NCBI GenBank assembly: GCA_963803805.1
Contig: CAWDOD010000003.1
Location: 288,001-352,000, forward strand
Direction of reading: 5' to 3'
Length of the DNA stretch: 64,000 nucleotides
Source of the DNA: an uncultured cyanobacterium
GTDB lineage: Bacteria > Cyanobacteriota > Cyanobacteriia > Cyanobacteriales > CAWCAG01
Part shown: one piece after another, positions 32,198-43,120 of the stretch
Position numbering within the stretch: position 1 is the first letter of the stretch
Layout of the letters: each line of letters begins with the position of its first letter
Notes under the pieces: model-generated
Seen by the model: only the letters and a program-made list of their open reading frames with translations
What the model was told of the DNA's origin: nothing
Database searches by the model: none
Program-made: the position numbers and the translations under genes

Positions 32198-32330
32198 TTG
32201 ATTACTTGCGAAAATACCGCAATAGTGGCCAATTAGACAATCTTGACCAATTCTCACACTACGACCATTGAGGCTTTAATGCCCAAAGTATAGAGGAACT
32301 CCTCCTACCAAAGCTGTTAGGACTCGGTAG
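32198..32330 (-). pseudogene. Possible hexapeptide acyltransferase relic
   Basis: Fragments RVLTALVGGVPLYFG and VRIGQDCLIGHYCGIFASNQ; no intact ORF. Confidence 0.45.
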
Positions 32331-32491
32331 CTGCGGTTAAATTTAAAGGAAGAATCTTTCTTGGCCAATAATTCTGAAAGTAGATATCATACCAATTACA
32401 CCCCTGAAATAGGTATCATTCAAATAGACTGGAATTAAAGCAAAACTTTTTGCCCTCGTCAAATATTAATTAAGAATGGTAAAGACTCTGT

Positions 32492-35158
32492 GTGAATTTT
32501 TCTGCAAAAAACTCAGCCCTTGATCTCAAAACACTATTTCCTTTTGAACTAGATGATTTTCAAAAAAGAGCGATCGCCGCTCTCAATGACAATAAATCTG
32601 TGGTAGTTTGCGCCCCCACTGGTTCTGGGAAAACTTTGATTGGAGAGTATGCAATTTATCGTGCTTTGTATAGCGGTAAGCGAGTTCTATACACAACTCC
32701 CCTGAAAGCACTTTCTAATCAAAAGTTAAGGGACTTTAGGAAACAATTTGGGGAGAGGGAAGTTGGTTTATTAACTGGGGATGTCTCTAGCAACAGGGAA
32801 GCCTCGGTTTTGGTGATGACCACAGAAATTTTCCGTAATATGCTCTACGGAACCCCCATTGGCCAAGTTGGTACTTCCTTAGAAGATGTCGAAGCGGTGG
32901 TTTTGGATGAGTGCCACTATATGAATGACCGCCAACGAGGTACAGTTTGGGAAGAGTCGATTATTTATTGTCCTCCAGAAATTCAATTAGTGGCTCTGTC
33001 AGCTACCATTGCTAATGGAGCAGAATTAACAGAATGGATTGCTCAAGTTCATGGCCCCACAGAACTAATCAACTCCGATTATCGCCCCGTACCCCTGAAA
33101 TTTTATTTTAGTAGTCAAAAGGGCTTATTTGATCTGTTAGATAAGCAACAAAAGTCTTTAAATCCTCGCCTCAAATCGAAAAGAAAAGGAGGGCAAAAGC
33201 GCTTAAGAAGAGAAGACTGTCCTGGTGTATTTCAAACAGTATCTCAGCTTTACAAACGGGAGATGCTCCCAGCAATTTACTTTATTTTTAGCCGTCGAGG
33301 TTGCGATCGCTCCGTAGAAGATTTTAGTGAGGTAACTTTGGTTAACCCTGAAGAAGCCTCTCGTCTCAAACTTCGCATTGATGAGTTTCTAAAGCAAAAT
33401 CCTGATGCGGGGAGAAAAGGTCAAGTGGGAGCATTATATCGAGGTGTTGCTGCCCACCATGCAGGCATCCTTCCCGCTTGGAAAGGGTTAGTAGAAGAAT
33501 TGTTCCAAGCTGGCTTAGTTAAGGTTGTCTTCGCCACAGAAACCCTAGCTGCGGGGATTAATATGCCTGCCCGCACCACGGTAATTTCTTCTATCTCCAA
33601 GCGTACTGATCGCGGTCATCGCCTCTTAACAGCTTCGGAATTTCTCCAAATGGCTGGTCGGGCAGGACGTAGGGGCATGGATACTGTAGGTTACGTGGTA
33701 ACTTGTCAAACTCCTTTTGAAGGAGCTAAAGAATCAGCCTACTTAGCAACAAGAAAACCAGACCCCTTGGTAAGTCAGTTTACCCCTACCTATGGCATGG
33801 TTTTGAATTTACTTCAAACCCATAGTATTAGCCAGGTACAAAACCTCCTAGAAAGAAGTTTTGCTCAATATATTGCCACCTTAAGGTTAACCCCCCAACA
33901 AAAGGCGATCGCTGATTTAGCTACAGAATTAGCCAGGTTGGATGTGGAGTTAGCCCCCATAGAAGTTAATTTAATTAGCAGCTACGAAAAACTGAAAGGA
34001 AGACTTAAAGAAGAACGTCGCCTCCTCAAAACCCTTAAGCAACAAGCAGAAGCAGAACGTTTAAAAGATATTGCCTCAATTGCCACAGGATTAGAACCAG
34101 GACAAATAATTTATTTAAAAGGTAAACACCTCAAAGTAAATAAGCCTGTAATCGCCATTTTAATCGCTAAAGCTATCGGAGGAGGTCAAGCCCCTTATCT
34201 TGTCTGTTTAGGTAGAGATAACCACTGGTATATAGTCAGTAACATTGATGTTATCGCCATAGATGAACAATCCCTACCTTCTTCTCAAATAGAATGGTTA
34301 ATTCCCCCAGACAATTTGGGCATCAAATTAGGCAAATCTTGTCCTGGAGACGAAGTTAGTGCCGAAGTCGCCCAACTACTGCCTTCAAAAGCGGAACCAA
34401 AAATTCCTGAAGTACCAGAAGTGTTTGCTCAGCAGCAAAAAATGGCTGCTACCCAAGCCCAAATTGACAATCATACCCTTAGTCAATGGGGCCGTCCGGG
34501 AACCATCGTTAAGCGCCACAAACGCCGCCTTAGCCTCCAAGAAGAAATATCTGACCGACAAAGTAAATACCGAGAACATCAAACCCATCATTGGCAGGAG
34601 TTCCTTAACTTAATTGATGTTCTCCAAGCTTTCGATGCTCTTAAAGGTTACAATCCTACTCCCCTGGGTAAGGCAGCAGCAGCTATTAGAGGAGATAATG
34701 AGTTATGGTTGGCTCTAGCCCTTAGATCAGGAGAATTAGAACAACTAGAACCTCAACATCTAGCGGCCGCAGCTTGTGCCTTAATCAGCGAACCACCCCG
34801 CCCAGATAGTTGGGTAAAATATACTCCTCCCCAACAAGTCATTGAAGTTGTGGGTAACTTGCGTCCCTTGGGACAGGAACTGATCCAACTTCAATATCGT
34901 TATAAAGTTGCTCTCCCGGTTTGGCGAGAATATAAACTAATTGGCATTGTCGAACAATGGGCGTTAGGCATTGAATGGGTTGAACTTTGCGATGGTACAA
35001 GTCTTGATGAAGGAGATATTGTCAGAATCTTACGGCGAACCGTCGATTTTCTCTCGCAAATTCCTCATATTCCGGACATATCCGGAGATTTAAAGAAGAA
35101 TGCCCGTAGAGCAATCCAATTAATGGAGAGATTTCCCGTGTCAGAAATTGTTGATTAA
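32492..35158 (+). CDS. Ski2/HelY-like DEAD/DEAH RNA helicase
   Basis: APTGSGKT, DECH, SAT, QMAGRAGRRG, DSHCT-like C-terminus (EGDIVR..RRT.D.L.QI). Confidence 0.92.
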   Translation: MNFSAKNSALDLKTLFPFELDDFQKRAIAALNDNKSVVVCAPTGSGKTLIGEYAIYRALYSGKRVLYTTPLKALSNQKLRDFRKQFGEREVGLLTGDVSSNREASVLVMTTEIFRNMLYGTPIGQVGTSLEDVEAVVLDECHYMNDRQRGTVWEESIIYCPPEIQLVALSATIANGAELTEWIAQVHGPTELINSDYRPVPLKFYFSSQKGLFDLLDKQQKSLNPRLKSKRKGGQKRLRREDCPGVFQTVSQLYKREMLPAIYFIFSRRGCDRSVEDFSEVTLVNPEEASRLKLRIDEFLKQNPDAGRKGQVGALYRGVAAHHAGILPAWKGLVEELFQAGLVKVVFATETLAAGINMPARTTVISSISKRTDRGHRLLTASEFLQMAGRAGRRGMDTVGYVVTCQTPFEGAKESAYLATRKPDPLVSQFTPTYGMVLNLLQTHSISQVQNLLERSFAQYIATLRLTPQQKAIADLATELARLDVELAPIEVNLISSYEKLKGRLKEERRLLKTLKQQAEAERLKDIASIATGLEPGQIIYLKGKHLKVNKPVIAILIAKAIGGGQAPYLVCLGRDNHWYIVSNIDVIAIDEQSLPSSQIEWLIPPDNLGIKLGKSCPGDEVSAEVAQLLPSKAEPKIPEVPEVFAQQQKMAATQAQIDNHTLSQWGRPGTIVKRHKRRLSLQEEISDRQSKYREHQTHHWQEFLNLIDVLQAFDALKGYNPTPLGKAAAAIRGDNELWLALALRSGELEQLEPQHLAAAACALISEPPRPDSWVKYTPPQQVIEVVGNLRPLGQELIQLQYRYKVALPVWREYKLIGIVEQWALGIEWVELCDGTSLDEGDIVRILRRTVDFLSQIPHIPDISGDLKKNARRAIQLMERFPVSEIVD

Positions 35159-35300
35159 ATTTTCCTTAATAGCTAACAGCTAACTGATAATTTATAATTC
35201 CTATGAACTAAATGTTTTAATGATCAATGTTAAATGATCAATGATACAACCAGGGTCGCAATTAGCTAGATTTGATTAACTTTTGTGAGGAGACAAATAA

Positions 35301-37952
35301 GTGCCAAAGACAACAGCAAGAGTAGTTTACTGTGTCTTAACTGCTATCATTTGCAACCTAATTCCTGACATTGCAGGGGCAGAATCAGGGAGGCTAGGAG
35401 TAATTAAAAGTCAAGATAATGCGGGACAATGGACGGGTATTACTAGTCGTCTTCAGACTACTGGAGTAGACTATTGCATAATTGAGCAGGATAATTGGCA
35501 AGATAGCGCAGATTTAGCAGGAATTAAAGCCCTTTTTATCCCTAACATCGAAACATTAAGTGCTACTCAAGTCGTTACCCTCCAAAAATGGCTAGATCGC
35601 GGTGGCAAAATTATTGTTAGTGGCCCGGCGGGTAGCCTTTCTCAGCCCCAAGTTCGTACTCAACTGCGATCGCTATTGGGAGCTTATTGGGGTTTTTCCC
35701 TCTCCTCCCCCGCTACCCTAGACCCTTTACAAGTCAGGCAAAATCAATGGTTGGGGAGCAGACAGTTAACTGGCACTATTCGGGGTGGAGTAGTTATTCC
35801 TTCCGGTGCCAATAGTACAACTGCGGCGGTTTGGCTGGCCGATGAAACTCGTCCTGCGGTTGTGGTCACTGATCGTTCTACTTTTTTAGGTTGGCGTTGG
35901 GGAGTTGATACAGCCTCTGATGCTGACTTAGACCAAGCTTGGCTAGAAGCTGCTTTGAGCCGCTACGGACAATTTGCTTCAGCAAATAACAATGCTACTC
36001 CTGAGTTTTGCAACTCTACAACTGCTAGTGAAGGTAATCCTGACGGTTGGTTGGAAGCAAGGCCCCCTACTCAAACAAATACTCCGGCAGTTCCTCCCTC
36101 AACTCCCCCTCCCTCCCCCAACCTCAACAGACCTCCAGCTAGGGTTTCACAGCCCCGTAGCCCTGCTATTCCTGATAATTCCAGGGAGCTTACCCCCCAA
36201 CAAATTCGGACAATGGAGCGAGAATTGCTCGGTTTGATTGGACGTTTTGAAACGGCATTGTTAGCGGCTGATGCTATTGATAGCAACATTAACTCACCCA
36301 TTACTCAAACCATTGAGCGCTACACTAATACAGCTAATAAAAGTAGTGGAGTTGCTCAAAATACCCTTACTACTCCTGCCCACAGTGCTTTGGCCGAGGC
36401 GAAAAGAGGACTGCAAAGCTTTCTTGGTTATGCAAAGCAAGGTAAATACGACTTAGCTCAAAGAACCTGGCAGCAAGCCCGTAACCAATTATGGAACAAT
36501 TACCCTACAGACCGCAAGTTAGTTAGTGCAGAAATTCGTGCTATTTGGTTAGATCGGGGAACCATTGTCAAAACTCGCTCTGAAGCAGATTTAGCCAAGA
36601 TTTTTGACCGCCTTGCTGCTGCGGGTATTAACACTGTCTTTTTTGAAACTGTTAATGCCAGCTATCCGATTTATCCTAGTAATGTTGCTCCCGAACAAAA
36701 TCCCTTGGTTAGGGGCTGGGACCCTCTTAAAGCAGCGGTTAAGTTAGCCCATGAGAGGGGGATGGAACTTCACGCTTGGGTGTGGATTTTTGCGGCGGCT
36801 AACCAAAGACACAACGCCATTCTAAATCAACCCGCAGACTATCTTGGCCCTGTATTAACAAAACATCCTACCTGGGCTGGTACAGACAAAGAAGGAGAAC
36901 CTTTTCAACGCAATACCTACAAAGCCTTTTTTGATCCAGGCAACCCAGAAGTACGCACCTATCTATTATCCTTGCTCTCAGAAATCGCCACTAACTACAA
37001 TGTAGATGGCATTCAATTAGATTACATCCGCTATCCTTTTCAAGACCCGCAAACAGATTTGCTCTACGGTTACGGAGTAGCTTCCCGCCGGGAATTCTAT
37101 CAAATGACAGGGACTGATCCAGTGCAAATTAGTCCTAGGGATACTGCTCAATGGTCGAGGTGGAATCTCTTTCGAGTCCAACAAATAGACAACTTTGTAG
37201 CAGCAGTAGCGCAAATGTTGCGGCAAAAGAAACCCGATTTAACTATATCAGCCGCAGTCTTTCCCATAGAGAGGAAAGAACGCCTGGATAAAATTCAGCA
37301 AAATTGGGAAATTTGGGCAGAAAAAGGTTACATTGATTTGATGATGGCTATGAGTTATGCTGAAAACACTGATGATTTAGAAAATATCACCCAGCTTCTG
37401 TTCCGCTACACTCCTAAAAGTTCTACCCTACTGATACCAGGAATTCGTTTGTTAGGTCTACCCAAAGAAGTAGCTGCGGATCAGGTTCAATTATTGCGTA
37501 ACTCTCCAACTCCAGGCTATGGTTTGTTTGCTGCGGAAAACCTTGATTCTAGCTTTGCCAACATCCTCAGACTGACTCAAGGTGGTGCAACAAGTAAGAC
37601 TGAGCCAATCCCCCATCGCGAACCTTTTAAGGCGGCCATGTTCCGTTATCAAAGTTTGCAGTTGCAATGGAATTTCCTCCTTTCCCACAATCAATTAGCG
37701 ATGGACGCAGAGGCGATGAAAGAATGGGCTACCCAGGCTGATAGTTTAACTCAAGCCCTGCAAACCCTAGCAGAAGATTCTTCCCGTCCGAATCTGCTCT
37801 TGGCAAAAGCAAATTTGGCAGCCTTTCGGGGCTTATTTCGTAACTGGATGAAGCAACAAACTGCTACAACTCCTTATCAGGTGGAGGTTTGGGAAAATAC
37901 CTTGGCAACAGTGGAAGGGTTGTTGTTGTATGGAGAGAGGCAGGGTGATTAG
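35301..37952 (+). CDS. Glycoside hydrolase-like family 10 (DUF187) exported protein
   Basis: EIRAIWLD, AHERGMELHAW, YNVDGIQLDYIRYP. Confidence 0.88.
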   Translation: MPKTTARVVYCVLTAIICNLIPDIAGAESGRLGVIKSQDNAGQWTGITSRLQTTGVDYCIIEQDNWQDSADLAGIKALFIPNIETLSATQVVTLQKWLDRGGKIIVSGPAGSLSQPQVRTQLRSLLGAYWGFSLSSPATLDPLQVRQNQWLGSRQLTGTIRGGVVIPSGANSTTAAVWLADETRPAVVVTDRSTFLGWRWGVDTASDADLDQAWLEAALSRYGQFASANNNATPEFCNSTTASEGNPDGWLEARPPTQTNTPAVPPSTPPPSPNLNRPPARVSQPRSPAIPDNSRELTPQQIRTMERELLGLIGRFETALLAADAIDSNINSPITQTIERYTNTANKSSGVAQNTLTTPAHSALAEAKRGLQSFLGYAKQGKYDLAQRTWQQARNQLWNNYPTDRKLVSAEIRAIWLDRGTIVKTRSEADLAKIFDRLAAAGINTVFFETVNASYPIYPSNVAPEQNPLVRGWDPLKAAVKLAHERGMELHAWVWIFAAANQRHNAILNQPADYLGPVLTKHPTWAGTDKEGEPFQRNTYKAFFDPGNPEVRTYLLSLLSEIATNYNVDGIQLDYIRYPFQDPQTDLLYGYGVASRREFYQMTGTDPVQISPRDTAQWSRWNLFRVQQIDNFVAAVAQMLRQKKPDLTISAAVFPIERKERLDKIQQNWEIWAEKGYIDLMMAMSYAENTDDLENITQLLFRYTPKSSTLLIPGIRLLGLPKEVAADQVQLLRNSPTPGYGLFAAENLDSSFANILRLTQGGATSKTEPIPHREPFKAAMFRYQSLQLQWNFLLSHNQLAMDAEAMKEWATQADSLTQALQTLAEDSSRPNLLLAKANLAAFRGLFRNWMKQQTATTPYQVEVWENTLATVEGLLLYGERQGD

Positions 37953-38056
37953 TTAAGATTAAATCCGTTGTTTTGGAGCTGCTTGGCTAAACAATTTTGA
38001 GAAATAGGCTACAGTATTTATAGTTGTGGTGACCGTAGCCTAAAGAGTTTGAGCAA

Positions 38057-38458
38057 CTACTTAAACTTTTCTCTAATTGCTTCTACGCGCTGGCGATTAA
38101 CCCCTAAATCTGATTTACCTAAGCGAGAAGCAGAACGGACATGAATCACTTTTGTTCCTTCATTAAGGTAAAATTCAACATCATCTACAAACCCCATTAA
38201 TTTGCTAGTGAATTCAGCATAAAGATAGTTGGAACTTTCTTCAATAATTTTTGCCCTCTCCATTCCTTCCACAACTCCTTTCAACTTCGCCATAGCTACT
38301 TCTGGAGTTGAATCATAGGTGAGAGGTTCAATTTTTTCTTGAGGACGATCACTTTGAGAATTAACACAGTTAGGTGTACCAGGGCAAGGAGTTAGTTTCC
38401 CATCGCGTACCCCTAATTGATTTGGTCTTTTTCCAGAGAACATATATTCAATGACCAA
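38057..38458 (-). CDS. DUF1499 protein
   Basis: LTPCPGTPNCVNSQ, GFVDDVEF, RSASRLGKSDLGVNRQR. Confidence 0.9.
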   Translation of the reverse strand: MVIEYMFSGKRPNQLGVRDGKLTPCPGTPNCVNSQSDRPQEKIEPLTYDSTPEVAMAKLKGVVEGMERAKIIEESSNYLYAEFTSKLMGFVDDVEFYLNEGTKVIHVRSASRLGKSDLGVNRQRVEAIREKFK

Positions 38459-38483
38459 TGATTCAGTTATCAGTTAGTTAGTT

Positions 38484-38541
38484 GTAGGGGCGACCTGTTT
38501 CCAAAGTTTTATGGATAACTCAAGGTCAAATTGGAGCGCCC
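38484..38541 (+). repeat. REP-like hairpin, family A (degenerate)
   Basis: GTAGGGGCGACCTGTTTCCAAAG...ATTGGAGCGCCC. Confidence 0.7.
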
Positions 38542-38549
38542 AAGGAATT

Positions 38550-39803
38550 TTAGGGGCGACCTGCCAATTGACTTTCATTGATTAATCTACCCGTAGTTAA
38601 TAATTCTACTGCTTGATGGTATTGAAGATCAGCTTCAGTACCAATTTGTTTATAGGTAATTGGTTCTTGAGAAACGAGCAGATCCGGAGAAATACCTTGT
38701 TTATTAATGTCGGTATGGTTGGGAGTTTCATACTTAGCTACGGTTACAGCTATTCCTGAACCATCAGGAAGTTCAAATAAAGATTGAATTAAACCTTTAC
38801 CAAAAGTTTTCTCTCCTACCAGCTTTGCCCTACCATTGTCTTGCAACGCACCAGCAAGAATCTCACTAGCGCTGGCTGTACCTTGATTGACCAAAAGAAC
38901 TAATGGTTCATCAGTAATAGCGGAACCATGAGCAACAAAACTATCTAGCATCCCTTGGCGATTTACCGTATAGACCACAGTACCATCATCTAACCAAAGA
39001 CGAGCAATTTCAATCCCGGCTTGCAGTAGCCCCCCCGGATTATTACGCAAATCTAATAAATAGGCATCTGCCCCTTGCTTGTCTAAATCAGCGATCGCCT
39101 TAGCTAATTCTTGAGTGGCGTTGGCGCTAAATTGATTGAGGCGAATATAACCAATAGGAAGGCCTTCATGGCTATTATCTAAAAGGGCAGAAACGGGATT
39201 AAGAGCAATGCGATCGCGGATAATCTCCACATCTCTACTTCGTTGGGTTTCTGGAGATTGAATCGTTAAAGTTATCTGTGTACCAATTTTTCCTCGCATC
39301 GCTGTAGCCGCTTCATCCAAGGTTAAATTAGAAGTCTCTACTCCATCAATAGCTAAAATAGTATCTTTAGCTTGAATACCCGCCTCTTCAGCCGGAGAAC
39401 CAGCAATAGGGGACACTACCTGCAAAACCCCTGTTTCTGAATTAAGGTCAATTTGTAAACCAACCCCAGATAATTCTCCTGAAGTATTCACTTGCAAACT
39501 ACGATACTGTTCTGGCCGCAATAATCGTGTAAAAGGATCATCAAGACTAGCTAGCATTTCTTCAATAGCGGTATAGGCATCTTCGCGTTGCTTAAATCTC
39601 TGTTTCAAATACTTCTGCCGTACAAACCACCAATTTTGGCCATTAAAAGTATCATCTACATAAGACTGATTAACAATTCGCCAAGATTGTAAAAATAACT
39701 TCTGTTCATCGGTAAAAGCAGAAGCAGTGGGCATCCACCAAAAATTAGCACAAATGACAACAACAATGAGCAGAATTTTGACCCAAAAAGCTCGTTTTGG
39801 CAT
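38550..39803 (-). CDS. ctpA: C-terminal processing protease (S41)
   Basis: PDZ domain, DLRNNPGG, TASASEI, TFGKG; divergent from petBD as in many cyanobacteria. Confidence 0.9.
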   Translation of the reverse strand: MPKRAFWVKILLIVVVICANFWWMPTASAFTDEQKLFLQSWRIVNQSYVDDTFNGQNWWFVRQKYLKQRFKQREDAYTAIEEMLASLDDPFTRLLRPEQYRSLQVNTSGELSGVGLQIDLNSETGVLQVVSPIAGSPAEEAGIQAKDTILAIDGVETSNLTLDEAATAMRGKIGTQITLTIQSPETQRSRDVEIIRDRIALNPVSALLDNSHEGLPIGYIRLNQFSANATQELAKAIADLDKQGADAYLLDLRNNPGGLLQAGIEIARLWLDDGTVVYTVNRQGMLDSFVAHGSAITDEPLVLLVNQGTASASEILAGALQDNGRAKLVGEKTFGKGLIQSLFELPDGSGIAVTVAKYETPNHTDINKQGISPDLLVSQEPITYKQIGTEADLQYHQAVELLTTGRLINESQLAGRP

Positions 39804-40013
39804 GGGGAGTAAAATAACTTTTCTGTTAACAGTACCTTAAATGTACAAAATTATAGATAATTAGGTAATTATCCAGTTAGGAAAGCACTCCTAGCTGAGA
39901 ATTTTGTTACGATAAGTGAAGAGGTAAAACAAGTTTTAATCTCAGCATAGAACTATTATTTTTCCTCTATGCTCTTATATTCCTGCCAAACGTTTTAGTG
40001 TTAAAACTCACAA

Positions 40014-40682
40014 ATGTTCTCTAAACAAATAACGAACACCAAACCATATAAATGGTTCGATGAACGCCTGGAACTACAGGCTCTCGAAGAAGACATTACT
40101 AGCAAATATGTACCACCCCATGTAAATATTTTTTATTGCTTGGGTGGCATTACTCTAGTTTGCTTCATTATCCAGTTTGCCACTGGTTTCGCCATGACCT
40201 TTTACTACCGCCCTACGGTAACTGAGGCATTTTCTTCTGTGCAGTACATCATGAATGAAGTCAACTTTGGTTGGCTAATTCGCTCTGTTCATCGCTGGTC
40301 TGCCAGTATGATGGTCTTGATGATGATTCTGCACACTTTCCGAGTTTATCTCACCGGTGGTTTCAAAAAGCCTCGCGAAATGACTTGGATTAGTGGTGTC
40401 ATTTTAGCGGTTATCACCGTCACCTTTGGGGTAACAGGTTACTCCCTACCTTGGGATCAAGTAGGTTACTGGGCGGTTAAAATTGTTTCCGGTATTCCTG
40501 AAGCCATTCCTGTAGTTGGTTCTACAATGGTGGAATTACTGAGAGGCGGAACTAGTGTTGGTCAAGGAACCTTAACTCGTTTTTATAGTCTCCACACCTT
40601 CGTTTTGCCTTGGTTAATTGCAGTCTTCATGTTGTTCCACTTCTTGATGATTCGCAAACAAGGTATTTCTGGTCCTTTATAA
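40014..40682 (+). CDS. petB: Cytochrome b6
   Basis: [14 protein letters not shown] ... [10 protein letters not shown]. Confidence 0.99.
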   Translation: MFSKQITNTKPYKWFDERLELQALEEDITSKYVPPHVNIFYCLGGITLVCFIIQFATGFAMTFYYRPTVTEAFSSVQYIMNEVNFGWLIRSVHRWSASMMVLMMILHTFRVYLTGGFKKPREMTWISGVILAVITVTFGVTGYSLPWDQVGYWAVKIVSGIPEAIPVVGSTMVELLRGGTSVGQGTLTRFYSLHTFVLPWLIAVFMLFHFLMIRKQGISGPL

Positions 40683-40835
40683 ACTGCTGTTAAAAAGGGT
40701 AAAGGGTAAAGGTTAAGGGGTAAAGGGCAATTTTTAGCCTCAAAAATTATCCTTCAACTTACATTCTTTATCCAGTATTAGTAAGCTTTTTACTAACTGC
40801 TGATCGAAAGTTAATTAAGGAGAAAACCCACAACA

Positions 40836-41318
40836 ATGTCAACTCTAAAAAAGCCGGATCTCACAGATCCTCTACTAAGGGCAAAACTAGCCAAAGGCAT
40901 GGGTCATAACTACTATGGCGAACCTGCTTGGCCTAATGACCTACTTTATGTTTTCCCGATTGTTATCGCCGGAACTATCGGTCTTTGTGTTGGTTTAGCT
41001 GTTCTTGACCCTGCTATGGTAGGAGAACCTGCTAACCCTTTCGCGACTCCTCTAGAAATTCTTCCTGAGTGGTATTTGTATCCCACCTTCCAAATCTTGC
41101 GCGTTCTACCGAACAAATTACTAGGAATTGCTGCTCAAGCGAGCATTCCTTTAGGTTTAATACTCATACCTTTTATTGAGAACGTCAATAAGTTCCAAAA
41201 CCCTTTCCGCCGTCCTGTAGCTACCGCAGTATTCCTATTTGGAACGATAGTTACTTTATGGTTAGGTGCTGGTGCAACCTTCCCCATTGATGAATCTTTG
41301 ACTTTGGGTTTGTTCTAA
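40836..41318 (+). CDS. petD: Cytochrome b6f subunit IV
   Basis: [22 protein letters not shown]. Confidence 0.99.
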   Translation: MSTLKKPDLTDPLLRAKLAKGMGHNYYGEPAWPNDLLYVFPIVIAGTIGLCVGLAVLDPAMVGEPANPFATPLEILPEWYLYPTFQILRVLPNKLLGIAAQASIPLGLILIPFIENVNKFQNPFRRPVATAVFLFGTIVTLWLGAGATFPIDESLTLGLF

Positions 41319-41348
41319 AACTAAGATTCAAACTAATTTCTGAATTTC

Positions 41349-41407
41349 TCAACGCCTGGGATTGCCTCTTCTTACTAGCGATAGAAAAAAGCAGTCCCAG
41401 GCGTTGA
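41349..41407. terminator. Long hairpin between convergent petD and the next gene
   Basis: TCAACGCCTGGGATTGC/GCAGTCCCAGGCGTTGA 17-bp stem. Confidence 0.7.
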
Positions 41408-41417
41408 TTATCAATTA

Positions 41418-42224
41418 TCAACTACCCTCAAACCAGCTAGATCGCCATGCTGACTCTGCTTCAGCGATCGCTTTTACTTGTTGCTTCTTTTTATATTGCT
41501 TGCGTATTTGCTTAAGCTTTCCCTTTAAACTACGGAGGCTGCTGCGTTCTGCATTAAGGGGAGGATGGGCAAATTCTATTTCTGATAAGCGCAGGTTAAT
41601 TGCCGTAATTGGGGTTGGTATTCCTTCTATTTCGTTTTCTTCTGTTTCCACTTCCACCAACAAATTAATAATATTCGGTGGTCCACTTCCGGGGGCATTT
41701 GCTTCTTCTGCTTCTACAGCCGCTTCTAAAACCTTCATAGGTATGTGTTTTTGGAGGATGCTTTTTTCTAATAACAAACGATTAGTTTCTTGAGAGGCAT
41801 TTTGCAATAAATCCACAATACCTTTTTCCAAGTAAGCAGACCAAAGCATTAACTTATCGGGAAGCTTATCTTGAAAGTTAATATGTTCTACTTCAGCATT
41901 ATTGTTTTCTTTCTCTTCTTCTGGAGAGGGTGAAGATTGAGAAGAGACTTCTAATAAAGCAAGTAAGTTAGCCTGGGTTTGCTTCGCTATTTGTTGAATA
42001 CTTTGTTGTAGATTCTGTCGTTGAGTTACTGATAAATGCAAAAATGCTTCAGGATAAGCTTGAGTACAAACTTGATAGCTAGCTAAGACCAACTGTCTTT
42101 GTAAACACTCTCCTAACAGAGTCAAGTATTTACTATAAATACCTTGTAGCTCCTCTGCTAAATCAACTATTTTCTTTTCTAATGTTGCTATATCGTGTTC
42201 AATTTGCTTAAGTTGTTTAGCCAT
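41418..42224 (-). CDS. Hypothetical coiled-coil protein
   Basis: 268-aa ORF; CTQAYPEAFL and AESAWRSSW motifs resemble a conserved cyanobacterial hypothetical. Confidence 0.75.
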   Translation of the reverse strand: MAKQLKQIEHDIATLEKKIVDLAEELQGIYSKYLTLLGECLQRQLVLASYQVCTQAYPEAFLHLSVTQRQNLQQSIQQIAKQTQANLLALLEVSSQSSPSPEEEKENNNAEVEHINFQDKLPDKLMLWSAYLEKGIVDLLQNASQETNRLLLEKSILQKHIPMKVLEAAVEAEEANAPGSGPPNIINLLVEVETEENEIEGIPTPITAINLRLSEIEFAHPPLNAERSSLRSLKGKLKQIRKQYKKKQQVKAIAEAESAWRSSWFEGS

Positions 42225-42343
42225 CTGCGATGTGGAGAGATTGGAAGTGGGGAGGTAAGGGAAGGAACCTTAGCCCTTTACCCCAACCTTCGGAACTGCT
42301 AAAAAAAACGGGTCATTTACTTCTTACCAGTTTGTTCAGTTAC

Positions 42344-42976
42344 TTATTCAGCAGCGTTGCTTTCTTCTTTTTCAATGCCTTCCCCCAAAACGAAACGATT
42401 AAAGCGGCGTATTTGGATATTTTCTCCTAGCAAAGCAATTCCTTGTTTAACCAGTTCTTCTACCGTGATACTTTGATCGCGGATATAGGGTTGATCCAAC
42501 AAAGATATCTCTTTCAAGCGCTTACCAATTCTACCTTGGACAATTTTTTCTTTAAGTTCATCGGGTTTGCCTTTCATATCATCCCGACCTTTCTCAATGT
42601 CCTTTTCCCGATTAACTATTTCTTCGGGAATATCATCTACTTTGACATATTCCACATTGGGACAAGCAGCAACTTGCATAGCAATATTGCGTACTAGGGT
42701 CTTAAACTCCTCATTCCTAGCAACAAAGTCTGTTTCACAGTTAACTTCTACTAATACCCCAATACGCCCTCCTGTATGGATATAGCTATCCACCAGCCCT
42801 TCTGCGGCGACGCGCCCACCTTTTGTTTCAGCAGAAGTAATACCTTTCTGCCGTAACCATTGAGTCGCTTTTTCGATATCACCATTGTTTTCTTTCAGCG
42901 CTTTCTTGCAATCCATCATGCCAGCGCCAGTTTTATCTCGTAGTTCTTTAACCAGTTTTGCCGATATTTGTGCCAT
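42344..42976 (-). CDS. tsf: Elongation factor Ts
   Basis: [27 protein letters not shown]. Confidence 0.98.
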   Translation of the reverse strand: MAQISAKLVKELRDKTGAGMMDCKKALKENNGDIEKATQWLRQKGITSAETKGGRVAAEGLVDSYIHTGGRIGVLVEVNCETDFVARNEEFKTLVRNIAMQVAACPNVEYVKVDDIPEEIVNREKDIEKGRDDMKGKPDELKEKIVQGRIGKRLKEISLLDQPYIRDQSITVEELVKQGIALLGENIQIRRFNRFVLGEGIEKEESNAAE

Positions 42977-43120
42977 CTTATTTTTAATTCCTACTTGATC
43001 ACTAAAACTTCGGAAAGGAAGTTTGGCTAGTTGCTAGTTGCGGTGCGACTCCCCATGGGCAGTAAGACGCAAGGGAACGCGCACCGGTTGTTAAGTTGAG
43101 AGTACTAAACTAGTTGAAGT

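Noticed and set aside
41362-41793. 143-aa plus-strand ORF
   Set aside because: Antisense to a longer gene and starts within a hairpin.
43042-43085. Regulatory RNA between rpsB and tsf
   Set aside because: The imperfect GGTGCG...CGCACC hairpin amid heptamer repeats looks like a degenerate dispersed repeat; too weak to call.
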